DNA of 64,000 bases from assembly GCA_947462815.1 (NCBI GenBank), contig CANHQR010000013.1, positions 3,520 through 67,519 of the forward strand, given 5' to 3'. The notes beneath the pieces were generated by a model, which was given only the letters and a program-made list of their open reading frames with translations, was not told the origin of the DNA and did no database searches. This DNA is from Pseudobdellovibrionaceae bacterium (GTDB lineage: Bacteria; Bdellovibrionota; Bdellovibrionia; Bdellovibrionales; JAMPXM01). Positions 35,448 through 44,116 of this stretch are shown piece after piece; position 1 is the first letter of the stretch; each line of letters opens with the position of its first letter. A program made the translations under genes and the position numbers.

Positions 35448-36500
35448 ATGTCGACAGCGGCGGACTCGAATAACTCGTCTGGAACTACGCTCATTAAGCG
35501 TGAAGTTCGCGTGACCTTCTGGGGGGTTCGCGGATCACTCCCTACGCCGCAAACGCCGGAGGCCATCCGTGGCCGCCTTCGCGAGGCGCTGACGGGATTC
35601 GCTGAAAGTGGTGCCTCGCACGCGGACGCTTATCTAGAGAGTTTGCCAATCTCGGCGGTTGGCGGCTATGGCGGAGACACGGCTTGTGTTGAAGTCGAAC
35701 GCGTGGGTGGAAATCTCGCTGACGATCGCCTCATCATCGACTGTGGAAGCGGGCTGCGTCGCCTTGGCGGCAAAATAATGAGCGGTCCGTGTGGTCGCGG
35801 CCAAGGCAAGGTGCATATCTTGCTCACCCATTTTCACTGGGATCATTTGGTGGGTTTGCCTTTTTTTTCGCCGATCTTCATTCCCGGCAACGAAGTGAAC
35901 TTCTACGCTGTACAGCCCGATCTTTCGCAGAATATCCAAGCGATGTTTCGCAAACCGTTTTTTCCCGTCGCCTTTGAAGAGCTGCGCTCGACCGTACGAT
36001 TTCATCAACTCGAGCCAAGGCAGACCTTTAAAATTGGCGCTTTTGATGTAACGCCTTATCAGCTCGATCATCCGGACCCGTGCTGGGGCTACCGTATTGA
36101 GTTTGAGACTCCGAAAGCGCGTCGGGCATATGCCCATGCGGTCGATAGCGAATGCACGCGGATTTCTGAATTCGATTTGGGTGAAGACGTAAAGTTGTAC
36201 CGGCAAGCCGATCTTCTGTTGTTCGATGCTCAGTATACTTTGCAGGAAGCTGCTGAGCATATGAACTGGGGTCACTCGGCGGCGCCCGTCGGCTTAGATC
36301 TCGCACTTCGCGAAGGCGTGAAGTGCATCCGCTTTGCACATCACGATCCGGGAGCCAGCGACGCCAAGATTGCCGATGCGGAAAGACAAACTCGCGCGTA
36401 TATGGAAGCTCTGGGTTCCTTTGCCAAACAAAACGCACGCATCCAACCCGATGTGGATTGGCGGTTTGCACATGACGGCGATTCAATTTTGCTCGATTGA
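35448..36500 (+). CDS. MBL-fold metallo-hydrolase
   Basis: HILLTHFHWDHLVGLPFF (HxHxDH) and later His/Asp ligand candidates. Confidence 0.8.
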   Translation: MSTAADSNNSSGTTLIKREVRVTFWGVRGSLPTPQTPEAIRGRLREALTGFAESGASHADAYLESLPISAVGGYGGDTACVEVERVGGNLADDRLIIDCGSGLRRLGGKIMSGPCGRGQGKVHILLTHFHWDHLVGLPFFSPIFIPGNEVNFYAVQPDLSQNIQAMFRKPFFPVAFEELRSTVRFHQLEPRQTFKIGAFDVTPYQLDHPDPCWGYRIEFETPKARRAYAHAVDSECTRISEFDLGEDVKLYRQADLLLFDAQYTLQEAAEHMNWGHSAAPVGLDLALREGVKCIRFAHHDPGASDAKIADAERQTRAYMEALGSFAKQNARIQPDVDWRFAHDGDSILLD

Positions 36501-36529
36501 TGACATGACCGTCGGCGCAGTTGAAGCAC

Positions 36530-37423
36530 TCAGAAATTGACGCCCAAATCAATACTCATTGAGCCACTCGGTTCAGCGGCGGTGTCCGTCAAGCTTTTCG
36601 ATTGAGACACGCGAATCGAATTCCAAATCCGCTTGGACCATCGCCAATCTCCACTCATTGAGAGTGTGCGACTGATCTCTCGGCTGACCTTAGCTCGTTG
36701 AGTTTCCGCGCGAGAGTAAACGCCCCACTTTCTTCGCGCGTAGCCTAAGCCCAAACCCCAGCGCTCCTCGGCCCATGATGTGGCGGTGGCAATCGCGGAC
36801 TCCGGAATCACGAGGGCCAGGAGCGGCCGATCCATTTCATCAAAATCCGGACTCAGCTCACTCTTCTCGTACCAAGCCCGGACGCTGAAGCCGCTTCGAA
36901 AGCTGAACCCAGAATCGATGCGGAGCCCGCGAGTTTGTAGTTCGACTTCGGATGTCGAAAAAAGAATGTTCGGTCGATTGGCGAATATGAAACTTGCACT
37001 TTGCGCTTCGATGGCCACGTCCCAACCTTCAAGCGAATACGGGGCAAAGGTGAGTCGAAGACGAGGTTCCCGAATCGAGTACTGATCGGCTATGCCGCTG
37101 AAATCAAGACCAGCTTCAAGACTCCACTCCGCAATCGGATCTGAGCCGATTGCCAGGCTGCCTCCACGTGTTTTGAGCTCGACGCCGTCCAAGCTTTCGA
37201 TCGATTGATCGACGGCGATGGAGAGATAGTGAACGTCGAGTACCGCCATCCGCAACTGCGCCATAGCGGTCCGGGAATCTTGGCCTGAGCCACCGGTCGA
37301 CAAAATGAGTGAGTTTGGCCAGTGGCTCTGCGCCCATGCCTTCGCTATGTTCGGGCTGAGCATCAAAGAGATCGTCGCGGCTGCCGCGAGTTTAGAAATG
37401 AGACCGTTCAACGGCTTCGTCAT
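36530..37423 (-). CDS. putative outer-membrane beta-barrel protein (ECF operon, last gene)
   Basis: ATG 37423 overlaps the upstream stop (ATGA). Signal peptide (AAAATISLMLSPNIAKA). Alternating-polarity segments and C-terminal ...DLGVNF with terminal Phe. Confidence 0.5.
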   Translation of the reverse strand: MTKPLNGLISKLAAAATISLMLSPNIAKAWAQSHWPNSLILSTGGSGQDSRTAMAQLRMAVLDVHYLSIAVDQSIESLDGVELKTRGGSLAIGSDPIAEWSLEAGLDFSGIADQYSIREPRLRLTFAPYSLEGWDVAIEAQSASFIFANRPNILFSTSEVELQTRGLRIDSGFSFRSGFSVRAWYEKSELSPDFDEMDRPLLALVIPESAIATATSWAEERWGLGLGYARRKWGVYSRAETQRAKVSREISRTLSMSGDWRWSKRIWNSIRVSQSKSLTDTAAEPSGSMSIDLGVNF

Positions 37424-37878
37424 TGTTGCCGCCTTCGTCGAATGGCCTCGCGCAATCTCGCGCGTTGAGCTGGAGAGAGTTGTCGCCATCTTTCAAAGCG
37501 GCGACGGACTCGATCTCGTTGCTCGGGATTCATCTGTCGATATCGCTGCCAGGTGCGCCGCACGCGTTGTCGTCGGTCCGGGCTCAGGTTTCTCCATGTG
37601 CGCAAGTTTTGACGGAAAGCCTGCCGCTCCGAGCGGCTGAGATTTCCATAGTAGGCTCCGACCTTCAGATAGCGCTCGCGCTCTTCGGGACTTAATTTTT
37701 GAAATTCCTCATAACGCTTTTGAAGAAGTTGTCGCTGTTCGGCTGATAGATCGCGCCGCTTTTGAGGTCGGTCTGCTGCCATCGAATCCGATTCGCTTTG
37801 CGCGCGAGCGACAGAGCTCGCGAGCGTCATAAAAGACCAAGCGAGCGAGTGTCTTAAGAAAGAGCGTCGGGTTTTCAT
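37420..37878 (-). CDS. DUF3106-like periplasmic Arg-rich repeat protein
   Basis: Signal peptide (SFMTLASSVARA). Repeats LSPEERERY / LSPDRRQRV / MNPEQRDRV / LSPAQRARL. Confidence 0.7.
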   Translation of the reverse strand: MKTRRSFLRHSLAWSFMTLASSVARAQSESDSMAADRPQKRRDLSAEQRQLLQKRYEEFQKLSPEERERYLKVGAYYGNLSRSERQAFRQNLRTWRNLSPDRRQRVRRTWQRYRQMNPEQRDRVRRRFERWRQLSPAQRARLREAIRRRRQQ

Positions 37879-38168
37879 TTCGACTCCTTTTCGATTTCGG
37901 CATCGCCGGAATTTTCAGGCGAAGTTTCTTCAACGCCCTCTTCCGGGAGCTCTCCTTCGCCCTCGTGAAGCTCAAGATCCTGAATCGCCTCAAGGTCTTC
38001 AGGATCAATTCCGGCGAGATCTTGGGGGCTCATCTCAAGAAGCAGTTGAATGAGTTTTAGACTTTCCAAATCGTTCGCCTTCTCCAGTTCAGCGAAGCTT
38101 TTCAGATTCGTCGTTTCCCGATGGCTCCGAGACACAGTTTTCGATTCTTGCGGGGTTTTATTTGCCAC
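37875..38168 (-). CDS. small acidic hypothetical protein (ECF operon)
   Basis: 97 aa, Glu/Asp-rich. GTG start 9 nt after AAGGAG. 4-nt overlap with the downstream gene. Confidence 0.5.
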   Translation of the reverse strand: MANKTPQESKTVSRSHRETTNLKSFAELEKANDLESLKLIQLLLEMSPQDLAGIDPEDLEAIQDLELHEGEGELPEEGVEETSPENSGDAEIEKESK

Positions 38169-38171
38169 TTT

Positions 38172-38702
38172 CTATGTCTCCTTGCTGGCTTCAGAAATGA
38201 GATCGTCAATCTGTAGATCGTCGTCGGCAAAAACCTGTAGAAGCTCTTCGTCTTCGAGGATGCTGCTCGAACCCATCGCCGAGTTGAGAGATGAGGACAA
38301 GCGTTCGCCGAGAGTCAACCAGCGTTCCTCTTCGGCTGGAACAGGGCCAGTTAGAGTTTCGACAAACTCGGCCAAGGCGGCTGGATCGTCGATCTCAGCA
38401 GCCAAGATCTCGCCTCTGAGATCAGCAAACTCTTTTGGGAGTGGTGACGAGGGATCCATGTCGCTGACGTCGATCTGAGGTTCACTCAAATTCGGGAGTC
38501 GACGAAACCAATAAATCGAGGCTGCAGCGGCGGCCGTCGTGGGAATCAGCCAAGGCCAGCGAAGAATCCAAGTGAGACTCAGCCGGCGTGAGACGCTCAA
38601 AGAAGCTTCAATTTCTCGATGCGCGGCCGAGCGAATCTTGGCGTCGAGTTCGCCTGAACTTGTTTCGGTGAACCAATCGTCCGGTCGTCGGTCTTGGCTC
38701 AT
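38172..38702 (-). CDS. putative single-pass anti-sigma factor
   Basis: ATGA overlap with the ECF sigma stop. Short cytoplasmic N-terminus, one TM (WPWLIPTTAAAAASIYWF), acidic C-terminal domain. No HxxxCxxC zinc motif. Confidence 0.5.
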   Translation of the reverse strand: MSQDRRPDDWFTETSSGELDAKIRSAAHREIEASLSVSRRLSLTWILRWPWLIPTTAAAAASIYWFRRLPNLSEPQIDVSDMDPSSPLPKEFADLRGEILAAEIDDPAALAEFVETLTGPVPAEEERWLTLGERLSSSLNSAMGSSSILEDEELLQVFADDDLQIDDLISEASKET

Positions 38703-39466
38703 GTGGGCTCCTCACCTGATCTGTGAGAGGGAAATTGAGGAGTGTCTTTGAGATCAGGCGACTCCGAAAGGATTTGTCGGAGCCGTTGTCGCCCTCGGTG
38801 AATCAAAGTTTTGACGTGAGGCAAGCTGAGGCCCGTGGCTTGAACAATCGCCTCGTAGTCGAGATCTTCAATCCAACGAAGAGCCAAACAAACTCGCATG
38901 GCGTCTGGCAAACGATCGATGGCTTGCCGAACAAGCCGATGATTCTCATTTTGACTGAGAGTTTGCTGAAGATCAGATCTCTCATCGGCCAGCGAATCTT
39001 GAAACTCGATGGGCGAATCCACTTCACGAGAAAGTCGACGCTGCCGCTGACGAGAGAGTGCGGTGTTGCGAGTGAGGGTCAGTAGCCAGGGTCGAAATTG
39101 ATTCTGCGGCCTATAGGTCTGACTGGCTCGAATCAGTTTCATCCAAGTCTCCTGTGCCGTATCCTCGGCGGCCGCTCGGTCGCTCAACAGTCTTTGCGAG
39201 TAACCGAGGACAAGGCCCGCGTGCCGCCGATATAATTCATCAAAGCTCACTTTCGCTTGATCGACGCGGTCCAAGGGACGATTCTTCGGACTGATCGAGG
39301 GCTCGGGTTGGGCATGCTCATTCGGCGAATGCACATTTGCGGACGGGTCGGAGGCTGAAACATCGGGCGAAGCAGGGTTCGTTCGCGAATGACCGATCCG
39401 CATCATCAACTCATCGTCGGTCATTTGCCGAACTGAAGTGCTTGCCCGAATTCCTAGCCAGAACAT
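38699..39466 (-). CDS. ECF-family RNA polymerase sigma-70 factor
   Basis: Region 2 (FDELYRRHAGLVLGYSQRLL..AEDTAQETWMKLI) and region 4.2 HTH (LPDAMRVCLALRWIEDLDYEAIVQATGLSLPHVKTLIHRGRQRL). About 60-aa N-terminal extension if ATG 39466 is used. Confidence 0.88.
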   Translation of the reverse strand: MFWLGIRASTSVRQMTDDELMMRIGHSRTNPASPDVSASDPSANVHSPNEHAQPEPSISPKNRPLDRVDQAKVSFDELYRRHAGLVLGYSQRLLSDRAAAEDTAQETWMKLIRASQTYRPQNQFRPWLLTLTRNTALSRQRQRRLSREVDSPIEFQDSLADERSDLQQTLSQNENHRLVRQAIDRLPDAMRVCLALRWIEDLDYEAIVQATGLSLPHVKTLIHRGRQRLRQILSESPDLKDTPQFPSHRSGEEPT

Positions 39467-39469
39467 ATG

Positions 39470-40420
39470 TCAGTCACAGTAACCGAGAGAAATTGACTGA
39501 CTCAAACCATTCTTTGTCCAAACCGCAGCACCGCAGGATTGAAACTCAACGCTGGCTTGACCAGATTGTGAGCCTTGTAAGCTGACGTCGAGTTGGCCCG
39601 AAACGGGGTGACAGCAGCTTGAGGACCAAACCAATGGCTTACCCGCAGCGACCGTGAGCGTGCTCGTGAATTTGGCTAAATTGTGATTGACCTCGAGCTG
39701 TCCACTGGTGAGCTGACGTCCGGCTCGCGAAAGTGATCCGCTATAGATCATAGGCGAGAGGGTTCGCATCGAGATATCCATGAGGTTGCGCCCATTGCGA
39801 GTTGCCAATTTGTGATGGCCGAGAACCTCATGTTGCCATTCACTTGTGGCGTTTCGTGTGAGTCTTCCGCCTCCTCCGATCTGCGTTCCTCGGTAGTCGG
39901 CTCGCAAAGCGGAAGTCGACTGGATTTTGCCGCCTCGCGGTCCTTGGATGGACCAGTCGAACTCTCGGCGGACGTTTTCCCCCACACTCAAAAAGCAGCT
40001 GTTGTTAGAATATTGTAAGCTGATCTGTCCGGTGAGAGTGAAGGCTCGCGATTCGATCGAGCAGGAACTGAATTCCACACTTTGAGTTCCTGTGTTGGTT
40101 TGGCAGGCCGTCGCGCGAGGTCGAACACAGGATGTCGCTTCAGATTGCGGAAGGGACGCCAGCCAAACCAAGCTCTCAATTTTCTGGCGCGAAGACTTCC
40201 CTGCGAAACTCTCTCCTGCAGCATCATCGGCTTGGCCAGAAAGTCCCGTGATCGCACTTTCAATCACTTCGGCCTCGGAGGTGGGCTCGCTACTGCCCGC
40301 CGCCACTTTCAGGTCTTCTTTCTCGCATCCCGCAGCCAAGAGGGCCAAGACGGCGAGGAGAGGTGTCAAGAATCGAGCTCTTGAGGTTGGAATCTGCGGA
40401 TTTGGATTCGAATGTGTCAT
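39470..40420 (-). CDS. Cys-rich lipoprotein of unknown function (ECF operon)
   Basis: Lipobox LLAAGC, 8 further Cys, Ser/Thr/Gly-rich sequence. Its stop lies 3 nt before the sigma-factor ATG. Confidence 0.6.
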   Translation of the reverse strand: MTHSNPNPQIPTSRARFLTPLLAVLALLAAGCEKEDLKVAAGSSEPTSEAEVIESAITGLSGQADDAAGESFAGKSSRQKIESLVWLASLPQSEATSCVRPRATACQTNTGTQSVEFSSCSIESRAFTLTGQISLQYSNNSCFLSVGENVRREFDWSIQGPRGGKIQSTSALRADYRGTQIGGGGRLTRNATSEWQHEVLGHHKLATRNGRNLMDISMRTLSPMIYSGSLSRAGRQLTSGQLEVNHNLAKFTSTLTVAAGKPLVWSSSCCHPVSGQLDVSLQGSQSGQASVEFQSCGAAVWTKNGLSQSISLGYCD

Positions 40421-40462
40421 GAGATTTCCTCTTTCTTTGATCGACTTGGAAAGTTGCTCAGA

Positions 40463-40975
40463 TTAACGATTCTCCGAAGACTCCGAAGCGGGGGCCTCGT
40501 TGAGCACCTCATTGGACGAGCCAGAAGACGAGCCAGAAGACGAGCCAGAAGACGAGACAGGTGAGGCTTGTTGCTTGTCGTTGTGCTTGAGGCGATGGAT
40601 CTGGCGCGATCGGCGATCTTGCAGGCGCTCCAGGCGCTGAGCTTCAGACTCAGAGACCTGGCCATCGGCTTGTGCCCGGCGCTCAGCGCGTCGAACAACG
40701 GCTCCGCTTTGTCGGACTCTTCGCAATTCGCCACGAGTGAGTTCTCCGGACTCGCGTCCATCGTGAACTCGAGCGCGTTGAGCGCCCTGTCGGCGATCGT
40801 GGCGATCTCGAGCCTCCGAAACCTGCGCCCACGCGGTGGAGATCAATAGAGAACTGGCCAGCACGATACGAAAGACCGGAGCGAGCGAAGGCCATCTTCG
40901 GCGGGGAATGTCTGCTGGCAAACTGGGCAATTCGATCATCATGGACGTCGAGGGCAGATTCTTTGATTTCAGCAT
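40463..40975 (-). CDS. secreted Arg-rich helical protein with (SSSG)3 tail (ECF operon, first gene)
   Basis: Signal peptide (VFRIVLASSLLISTAWA). Repeated G-E/Q-L/V-T/S-x-x-E-x-x-R motifs loosely like LTXXQ/CpxP-Spy proteins. AGGAGG is 6 nt before ATG 40975; the track start 40981 abuts the SD. Confidence 0.55.
   Translation of the reverse strand: MLKSKNLPSTSMMIELPSLPADIPRRRWPSLAPVFRIVLASSLLISTAWAQVSEARDRHDRRQGAQRARVHDGRESGELTRGELRRVRQSGAVVRRAERRAQADGQVSESEAQRLERLQDRRSRQIHRLKHNDKQQASPVSSSGSSSGSSSGSSNEVLNEAPASESSENR
40515..40556 (-). repeat. 12-bp perfect coding tandem repeat (gacgagccagaa x3.5) encoding SSSGSSSGSSSG
   Basis: Read directly from the sequence. Confidence 0.9.
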
Positions 40976-41037
40976 CTCCATCCTCCTGAGTTAGCGGTGT
41001 CTCTGAGCGCGTCGAATCGGGCCGCGCTTCAATGAGG

Positions 41038-41065
41038 AAACGCTGGGTCACCCCGGAAAGTTTCA
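41038..41065 (-). promoter_or_regulatory. candidate ECF-type promoter TGAAAC-N17-CGTTT
   Basis: The minus strand reads TGAAAC tttccggggtgacccag CGTTT about 60-90 nt upstream of the first operon gene, resembling ECF -35 GAAC / -10 CGT consensus. The -35 sits in the palindrome AGTTTC-A-GAAACT. Confidence 0.3.
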
Positions 41066-41181
41066 GAAACTCGAAGATTTTTTCTCGAATTGATACGGGG
41101 TGCTGAAAAGCACAGGAAAATCGCAAGCTTCATACGTAAGGTCCATGACAACTCCCGGCCGATCTCGGTAGGTTTCTAGGC

Positions 41182-41883
41182 ATGGAAATCCATGCCGTTA
41201 TCGATTTTGCGCAACGTTTCTTTACCGATCTTCCGGGGACTTTGGAGTACATGAGCCAAAGCCTCGGCATCTGGGGCTACGTGATTCTGTTTCTCATCAT
41301 CTTCTGCGAAACAGGTTTGGTGGTGTTTCCCTTTTTGCCAGGGGACTCACTTCTCTTCGCCGTAGGAGCCGTGACCGCTCTTCCCGGGGCTGGGTTGGAT
41401 CTCGGATTAGTTTGTGCGGTGATGATTGTGGCGGCGATCTTGGGTGATGCGGTCAACTACCACATCGGAAATTGGGCGGGCCGTAAATATCTGAGCGTCG
41501 GCAAGATTCCTTTTGTCCGTCAAGATCACCTCAATCGCACACACAAATACTTTGAAAAGCACGGCGGCAAGACCATCATCTTCGCGCGCTTCATCCCCAT
41601 CGTGAGGACTTATGCTCCCTTTGTGGCGGGTGCCGCCGGCATGCCGTACTCGCGGTTTGTGATTTTCAACGTGGTGGGAGCGATCTGCTGGATTGGTTCG
41701 CTCGCGCCGCTGGGTTTCTATTTCGGCAATCGCCCGTGGGTGCGCAACAACTTTGAGCTTGTCGTGCTCGCGATTATTTTGATCTCGATCCTACCTGCCG
41801 TCATCGAGTTCATTCGTATGCGGCGTGAGACGTCTTCGGTGGCTGCGGCCGCTCATTCTCGTCAGACAGGAGAATTGCCATGA
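41182..41883 (+). CDS. DedA family membrane protein
   Basis: FPFLPGDSLLF and GGKTIIFARFIPIVRTYAPFVAGAAGM. Confidence 0.9.
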   Translation: MEIHAVIDFAQRFFTDLPGTLEYMSQSLGIWGYVILFLIIFCETGLVVFPFLPGDSLLFAVGAVTALPGAGLDLGLVCAVMIVAAILGDAVNYHIGNWAGRKYLSVGKIPFVRQDHLNRTHKYFEKHGGKTIIFARFIPIVRTYAPFVAGAAGMPYSRFVIFNVVGAICWIGSLAPLGFYFGNRPWVRNNFELVVLAIILISILPAVIEFIRMRRETSSVAAAAHSRQTGELP

Positions 41884-43790
41884 CTCGTTCCTCTTCGGGG
41901 CGCTCGAACTCATTTCTCGCGACATTTTTGGCCTCCACCCTTGGCACGATCGCCGCGATCTCGCTCGTCATCGTCGGCGTGCCTGTGTTCTTTGGTGTGC
42001 TGCTCAGTTTTCTCGGCGCCACGACTCATGAATCTGAAAGCGTGGAGCAACAGTCCGTGCTCTACATCGGTTTGGATGGCGAAGTGGTCGACAGTCCCTC
42101 TTCGTTTCAGCTCAGTTTCAGTGACGATCGGCCGCAGATTCGGCTTTATCGAGTACTTCGGGCCATCAAAGCCGCGCGCGAAGACGAGAGGATTTCGGGT
42201 GTGGTGGTTGAGTTTGATAACCCCAGTATGGGTTGGGCCTCGGCCTCGGCCCTCCATCGAGAATTGGCCGCAGTAAAAGACGCCAAGAAATTTGTATTCG
42301 CGTATGCGGATCAAATGGGCGAAAAGGAATTTTTTGTCGCCAGTGCCGCCGACAAAGTCTTTATGCAGCCGCAGGCAGATCTGGAGCTCAATGGCTTGGC
42401 TGTGGATGAGACTTTCTTAAAGGGCTTGCTGCAGAAAATCGGTGTGCAGCCTGTCATTTTCCGAGTCGGTAAGTTCAAGTCTGCGATCGAACCGCTCATC
42501 GGCGAGCAGATGTCTCCCGAGAATCGAGAACAGCTACAATCCCTCCTCAATGATATCTGGGGAGAAGCGGGTGCGCGAATCGCCGCATCGGCCAAACGCT
42601 CGCCCCAGGAGTTGGATGCCGCGATGGCAGAACTGAAAATCAGTTCGGTCGATGATGCGAAAAAATTTGGTTTGGTCGCCGAGGGGCTGTTCTCCGATGA
42701 GATGGAAACGCTGATCAAGCGCAGTGTCTACACGGATGTCCAAAATCTCGATGAGCTTCATGACATGGACATCAACTGGGTGACCGTGCCGACGTTACTG
42801 GCAGATTTGAAGTCCAAACGCCAAAGCAAAAAGAATATCGCGGTTTTGGTCGCTGAAGGTGAAATCATCAAAGGTGAGGGTGACGCGGGTATTGTCGGTG
42901 ATGAGTCGATGCTGGAAGCCCTCCGTGAGATTCGCGATGACGAGTCGATCGCCGCGGTTGTGGTCCGAATCAATTCCCCCGGCGGCTCAGCTCTGGCGAG
43001 CGATATCATCTGGCGGGAGCTTTCAGTTCTCGATGAGACCAAGCCTGTGATTGCATCGATGGGCGACATTGCGGCGAGTGGTGGTTACTACATCGCGGCG
43101 GGGGCCCGACATATCTTTGCGGAGTCCACGACAATCACCGGTTCCATCGGTGTCTTCGGAGTGCTCTTCAACGCCGAAGTTCTCCTAAAAGATAAAGCGG
43201 GACTCAAATTTGATCGCGTGGTGACGCATCCGCATGCGGATTTCGGAGGACCGAACCGGCGTCTCGACGCGCAAGAGACTCAACAGATTCAATCCAGTGT
43301 CGAGCGTGTTTATACTCGTTTTCTCGACGTCGTCGCGCAGAGCCGGGGCTTTGAGAAAGTCGATGAAGTTGCACCGCTGGCGGAAGGTCGCGTGTGGTCG
43401 GGCGTGGCGGCTCAGCGTCTGAAATTGGTGGATGAAATCGGCGGCCTTGAGCGAGCTGTCAATAAAGCGGCCGAGTTTGCCGGAGTCGGCACGGGCTTCA
43501 ACATTGAGTATTTTCCGCGTCGCGGAGATCGGTTCGCGCGTTTTTTGGATCAGCTGAGTGAGGACTCCTCGTCATCCATGTCAGGGCCTTCGTGGAGTCC
43601 TTCGGGTACATCTCGCTCGATGATCGGTGATCCATGGCGCTGGGGCGTTTGGGCTCAGACGCTCAAGGCCGTTGTGCCCGCGGGACTCCTGCCTTTATCT
43701 CAGCTTCATGGCTGGGCGGCACATGCGACGCAGCCGGGTCGATGGGTGGTGTTGGCCCGCGATTCATCGATGCTGGGCCCAATTCGCTGA
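41880..43790 (+). CDS. sppA: signal peptide peptidase SppA, 67K type
   Basis: N-terminal TM and two ClpP/crotonase-like halves. INSPGGSALASDIIWRE, MGDIAASGGYYIAAGA. ATGA overlap with dedA. Confidence 0.9.
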   Translation: MTRSSSGRSNSFLATFLASTLGTIAAISLVIVGVPVFFGVLLSFLGATTHESESVEQQSVLYIGLDGEVVDSPSSFQLSFSDDRPQIRLYRVLRAIKAAREDERISGVVVEFDNPSMGWASASALHRELAAVKDAKKFVFAYADQMGEKEFFVASAADKVFMQPQADLELNGLAVDETFLKGLLQKIGVQPVIFRVGKFKSAIEPLIGEQMSPENREQLQSLLNDIWGEAGARIAASAKRSPQELDAAMAELKISSVDDAKKFGLVAEGLFSDEMETLIKRSVYTDVQNLDELHDMDINWVTVPTLLADLKSKRQSKKNIAVLVAEGEIIKGEGDAGIVGDESMLEALREIRDDESIAAVVVRINSPGGSALASDIIWRELSVLDETKPVIASMGDIAASGGYYIAAGARHIFAESTTITGSIGVFGVLFNAEVLLKDKAGLKFDRVVTHPHADFGGPNRRLDAQETQQIQSSVERVYTRFLDVVAQSRGFEKVDEVAPLAEGRVWSGVAAQRLKLVDEIGGLERAVNKAAEFAGVGTGFNIEYFPRRGDRFARFLDQLSEDSSSSMSGPSWSPSGTSRSMIGDPWRWGVWAQTLKAVVPAGLLPLSQLHGWAAHATQPGRWVVLARDSSMLGPIR

Positions 43791-44116
43791 TGCGTTCATC
43801 AGCCGAAAAGTCGTACTGAACAGTGATTCGACAAATCACGAGAGCGCCGTGTCTCAATGTCAAAACATTGAGCATGGCGCACAACTCGGCAGGGCAACGC
43901 TCGCGGACTCATTTCTAAACTCGGCGATTCCGAGCGCCGTTCGCTGAGTTTGACTTGTATCGAAGTGAGACGTCTCAAATCGATTGTCTCGCCCGCCAAA
44001 AAGAACGGACGTAAGTCTTAAGCTCAGTTTGACCCATTCCGATTCGATAAGTGTGAGGGACTTTGTCTTTCCTGTGGAGAGTCCAGAGTCATCTCGAGGG
44101 TAATTTGGGGGGTCGC

